Shown piece by piece: positions 55,758 through 58,199 of a DNA stretch of 58,199 nucleotides. The stretch comes from a virus (lineage: Duplodnaviria; Caudoviricetes), in the IMG/VR virus record IMGVR_UViG_3300044724_011157, positions 1-58,199 of that record; one strand, given 5' to 3'. Both the position numbers and the translations under genes were made by a program. Numbering within the stretch: position 1 is the stretch's first letter; every line of letters starts with the position of its first letter. Under the pieces are notes generated by a model that was not told the DNA's origin, did not search any database, and worked only from the letters and a program-made list of their open reading frames with translations.

Positions 55758-55780
55758 CAAGATAAACAATCTTGCTCGAA

Positions 55781-56377
55781 TTAGATGGAGCCAAGTACTT
55801 CGATTGTATAGTTGGTCGATGAAATATCGTCCGAAAATACAAAAGTAGCAGTATGGTTTCCATTTCCATTTCCTCCGGAAACGCTCGAGAGCATAACGCC
55901 AAGAATTGGGTCAGTAGCCTCGGAAGACTTGAGGATACCAACAACTTTTGGTGCGTTTGCTCCGAAGTCGCGACCAAGGTCAACGGCGACAGAGCTTACT
56001 GCGTCTCCGCTTTCCCAGATTTGCTTGCTAGCAACAATAACATCATTTGTTGAGATGTCTGCTGCAAGACTGGAAACCTCGAAGTTTGCTGTGAAGTTCA
56101 AGCTAGAAACGTCTTGTTCGAGATCATCAACATCCGCTTCTCTTTGAGCCTGAAGGCTGGAAACGTCGGTAGTTGCTGTGCCACCCTGGGATGATTGATC
56201 TGCAGCCAAGCTAGAAACATCATAGTCGCGCTTAAAGTGCAAGCTTGAGATGTCGCTCTCATCAAGAAAAACCACATCGTTTTTCCCTTTGATTTGGAAC
56301 TTGTTTGCCTCGCTAGATACAACGGAGATATTGTCTCCATTGATCTGTAATTCCTCGGTACGGAATATTTTAGCCAT
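55781..56377 (-). CDS. putative fibre/structural protein with DVSSL repeats
   Basis: 198 aa; five D/E-V/I-SSL repeats, then a beta-rich C-terminal domain; ATGTA variant 9 nt upstream. Confidence 0.55.
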   Translation of the reverse strand: MAKIFRTEELQINGDNISVVSSEANKFQIKGKNDVVFLDESDISSLHFKRDYDVSSLAADQSSQGGTATTDVSSLQAQREADVDDLEQDVSSLNFTANFEVSSLAADISTNDVIVASKQIWESGDAVSSVAVDLGRDFGANAPKVVGILKSSEATDPILGVMLSSVSGGNGNGNHTATFVFSDDISSTNYTIEVLGSI

Positions 56378-56452
56378 ATCTATTTATACATTCTAAAAAC
56401 TAGCTTGGGAACTAAGATGGAGGCGTATTGGGCGATCATTTACACAAGAATC

Positions 56453-57700
56453 TTACGAGCAAAAATAATTTAAAAATATTTTTTTCAAATGATGAGGATA
56501 CGCCATAAAATGAACCACAAACGTATCTTTATCGATCATTCTTGGTTCTGTGTTGAAGGCGTTCATTGGAAAGATTTTTGTATTAAAATTAAATCCGTCA
56601 ACCTGTTTTAATATTTTGCATAATATTTCTTGGTCTCCTCCGCTTGCGTACAGGGAGGACTTGTCTCCGTCAAAGTTTAGCCATTTTGTTAGTATGTTTT
56701 TTGAGTATTGGTGGTTTATGAAGATGAGAACTCCGCTGTTTAGGGTTGAGCCTTTTGGTAAATTTTTATTGTTAGAGCCTATGTCTTGACAGCCTATGAT
56801 TTTTTTACAGGGAGCGCATTTTCTTAATATATCTTCAATTTTTTTATGAGGGTTAAAAATTATTGTATCTGAGTCCATCCATACAATAGCTTCATGGGAG
56901 TCTATGTGGTTTAATAGCGCTTTAGCCTTTGACCAATTCGCGCTTGTTTTTAGATCTAGGTTTTCTCGATAAACATAAAAAGTATATCCTTGAAGCTCGC
57001 AGTATTCGCGAATGTTTTTTTCAGAGTATATTGCATAGTCTGCTATTTCTTTTGTATATAAACTGACTATTGCTATTTTTTGCCCGGGGTTATATACGCT
57101 GAATTTATCTTTTGGCATCAAAGGTGTTGCGATTTGTTTTGATGCGTGATGCAAAAAATCGTGATCTTTGAAACTTACCCACTGGTCTGCGATGTTTATT
57201 AATTGCAGCTGCTTCTTTGAAAGGATGGGTTCTTGCGGGTTTGTTGTTTTTTTGATTTTGGATTTTAGGTCTGATTTATATTTCGTCCACCATTGCTGCG
57301 TTTTTTTTGTATGCTCTTCTACCCAGGCGCTGTTTTCTGATAATTTTTTTAAGTCTTTATGTATATTTTCCCAGCCGTTGCACTCAATTAAGGGGTGGTC
57401 TTTTCCTAGTATTTTTTTCCAGTATTCGCTTTTTTCTATAATTGGGATAGAGCCGACTTCTAGCGCCTCGTAGAGTCTAAACGTGTCAACACTATAATTG
57501 CCCTTTGGGCAAGGGACGAAAATTGAGTCTTTGAGTATTTTTTTATAATCTTGTGTCGTTAGGCTATCGCTTGATTGCCAGTTTTCGTTGGTGTTGCAAA
57601 AATATTTTCCTCCGGTTTTTTTTAAGGAATCTATCATTTTTGACCGGTTTCCTTGTTTGTGGGTTTGACCCATAAAACACCATATGTATTTTTTATTCAT
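56453..57700 (-). CDS. glycosyltransferase fusion: exostosin (GT47)-like plus GT34 (GMA12/MNN10)-like
   Basis: SIFVPCPKGN..VDTFRLYEALEVGSIPI (GT47); WSKAK...VWMDSD...LNSGV...DQE...FVVHFM (GT34). Confidence 0.78.
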   Translation of the reverse strand: MNKKYIWCFMGQTHKQGNRSKMIDSLKKTGGKYFCNTNENWQSSDSLTTQDYKKILKDSIFVPCPKGNYSVDTFRLYEALEVGSIPIIEKSEYWKKILGKDHPLIECNGWENIHKDLKKLSENSAWVEEHTKKTQQWWTKYKSDLKSKIKKTTNPQEPILSKKQLQLINIADQWVSFKDHDFLHHASKQIATPLMPKDKFSVYNPGQKIAIVSLYTKEIADYAIYSEKNIREYCELQGYTFYVYRENLDLKTSANWSKAKALLNHIDSHEAIVWMDSDTIIFNPHKKIEDILRKCAPCKKIIGCQDIGSNNKNLPKGSTLNSGVLIFINHQYSKNILTKWLNFDGDKSSLYASGGDQEILCKILKQVDGFNFNTKIFPMNAFNTEPRMIDKDTFVVHFMAYPHHLKKIFLNYFCS

Positions 57701-58199
57701 CGATAAATCCAGATTTATATCCCAGAGGAATAAAGGTTACGTTATCAGCTTCGGCGTCTTCTCGATAATACTGCCTAAAAACATGGTTGAAGTTTTTATA
57801 ATAATCAATTTCTGCATGACAATGTTCGTCGCTTAAATGTATTAGGTTACAGTTTTTGCCTTTGAGCTTATCAAAAAAACTTCTTAAGCAATTTTGGTAA
57901 TTAAATATTTTTTTGGCGACGCTTTTGGGGTACTTCCATACATGTTCTGTAGAAGTAGCGTTGCTGTAGACGTATGTTGCTCCTGGTTTTATTAGGTCAA
58001 GCCCTTCGTTGTATATTACTTCGGGTTTATCGAAAAGATGTAAAATAAAATCCTCTTCAAATAAATTTTTATTTAAAAAAACCAAACAATTGTTGTTGCT
58101 AGTTTTTAGGGCTTTATGTTTTTTTTCTGTTTCATGGTTCCAGTGCTCTACCGATTGATTGTTATAAAAGTCGGCCTTGTCTTGTTCATATGTTTCTAG
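57693..58199 (-). CDS. 5'-truncated glycosyltransferase-like protein (exostosin N-terminal-like part)
   Basis: The frame stays open from the window edge (LETYEQDKADF...NNNCLVFLN), so the track's start at 58085 is internal; LIHLSDE...VFRQYY...IPLGY. Confidence 0.6.
   Translation of the reverse strand, partial: LETYEQDKADFYNNQSVEHWNHETEKKHKALKTSNNNCLVFLNKNLFEEDFILHLFDKPEVIYNEGLDLIKPGATYVYSNATSTEHVWKYPKSVAKKIFNYQNCLRSFFDKLKGKNCNLIHLSDEHCHAEIDYYKNFNHVFRQYYREDAEADNVTFIPLGYKSGFIDE

Noticed and set aside
1-58199. Eukaryotic giant virus origin suggested by SET, C2H2, ERCC4, GT47/GT34 and J-domain genes
   Set aside because: Terminase, prohead protease, DnaE, DnaB, DnaG, RecA, a sigma factor, sigma70 promoters and intrinsic terminators indicate a tailed bacteriophage
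1-58199. CRISPR array, tRNA/rRNA genes, integrase/transposase, or reverse transcriptase/DGR
   Set aside because: None recognised by eye and intergenic spaces are short; tRNAscan or Infernal would be needed to exclude small RNAs fully
1-58199. Stop-codon reassignment
   Set aside because: Conserved genes are full length in the standard code, and TAA, TAG and TGA all end genes

Overview
This window is 58 kb of a large, AT-rich tailed dsDNA bacteriophage genome (Caudoviricetes), densely coding in the standard bacterial code. All family calls come from motifs recognised by eye; no searches were run. Left to right it contains tail/fibre-like structural paralogues (1-11.3 kb), a probable lysis cassette (11.5-13.4 kb), and a run of Zn-ribbon/AT-hook protein, phage sigma factor, C2H2-ERCC4 nuclease and large terminase followed by head genes (13.4-23.7 kb). 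Next come ClpC and a family-C DNA polymerase split into PHP, exonuclease and catalytic genes with a SET-domain gene inserted among them (23.7-30.6 kb). These are followed by a class Ic-type NrdAB, Hsp20 and an outer-membrane beta-barrel (30.7-35.5 kb), LamG/lectin fibre genes (35.6-42.2 kb) and gmd/fcl. The replication and recombination genes (Cas4/RecB-like nuclease, DnaG, DnaB, RecA; 44.5-50.3 kb) precede a displaced portal-like gene, a J-domain protein and glycosyltransferases. The strongest non-obvious signal is a three-class promoter architecture. A GTGTA element lies mostly 9-11 nt before the starts of structural and lysis genes and is a candidate late promoter for the phage sigma. Near-consensus sigma70 promoters would give leaderless replication transcripts, and a sigma54-type promoter precedes hsp20. 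Several genes hint at a PVC-superphylum (e.g. Verrucomicrobia) host, which is inference only.
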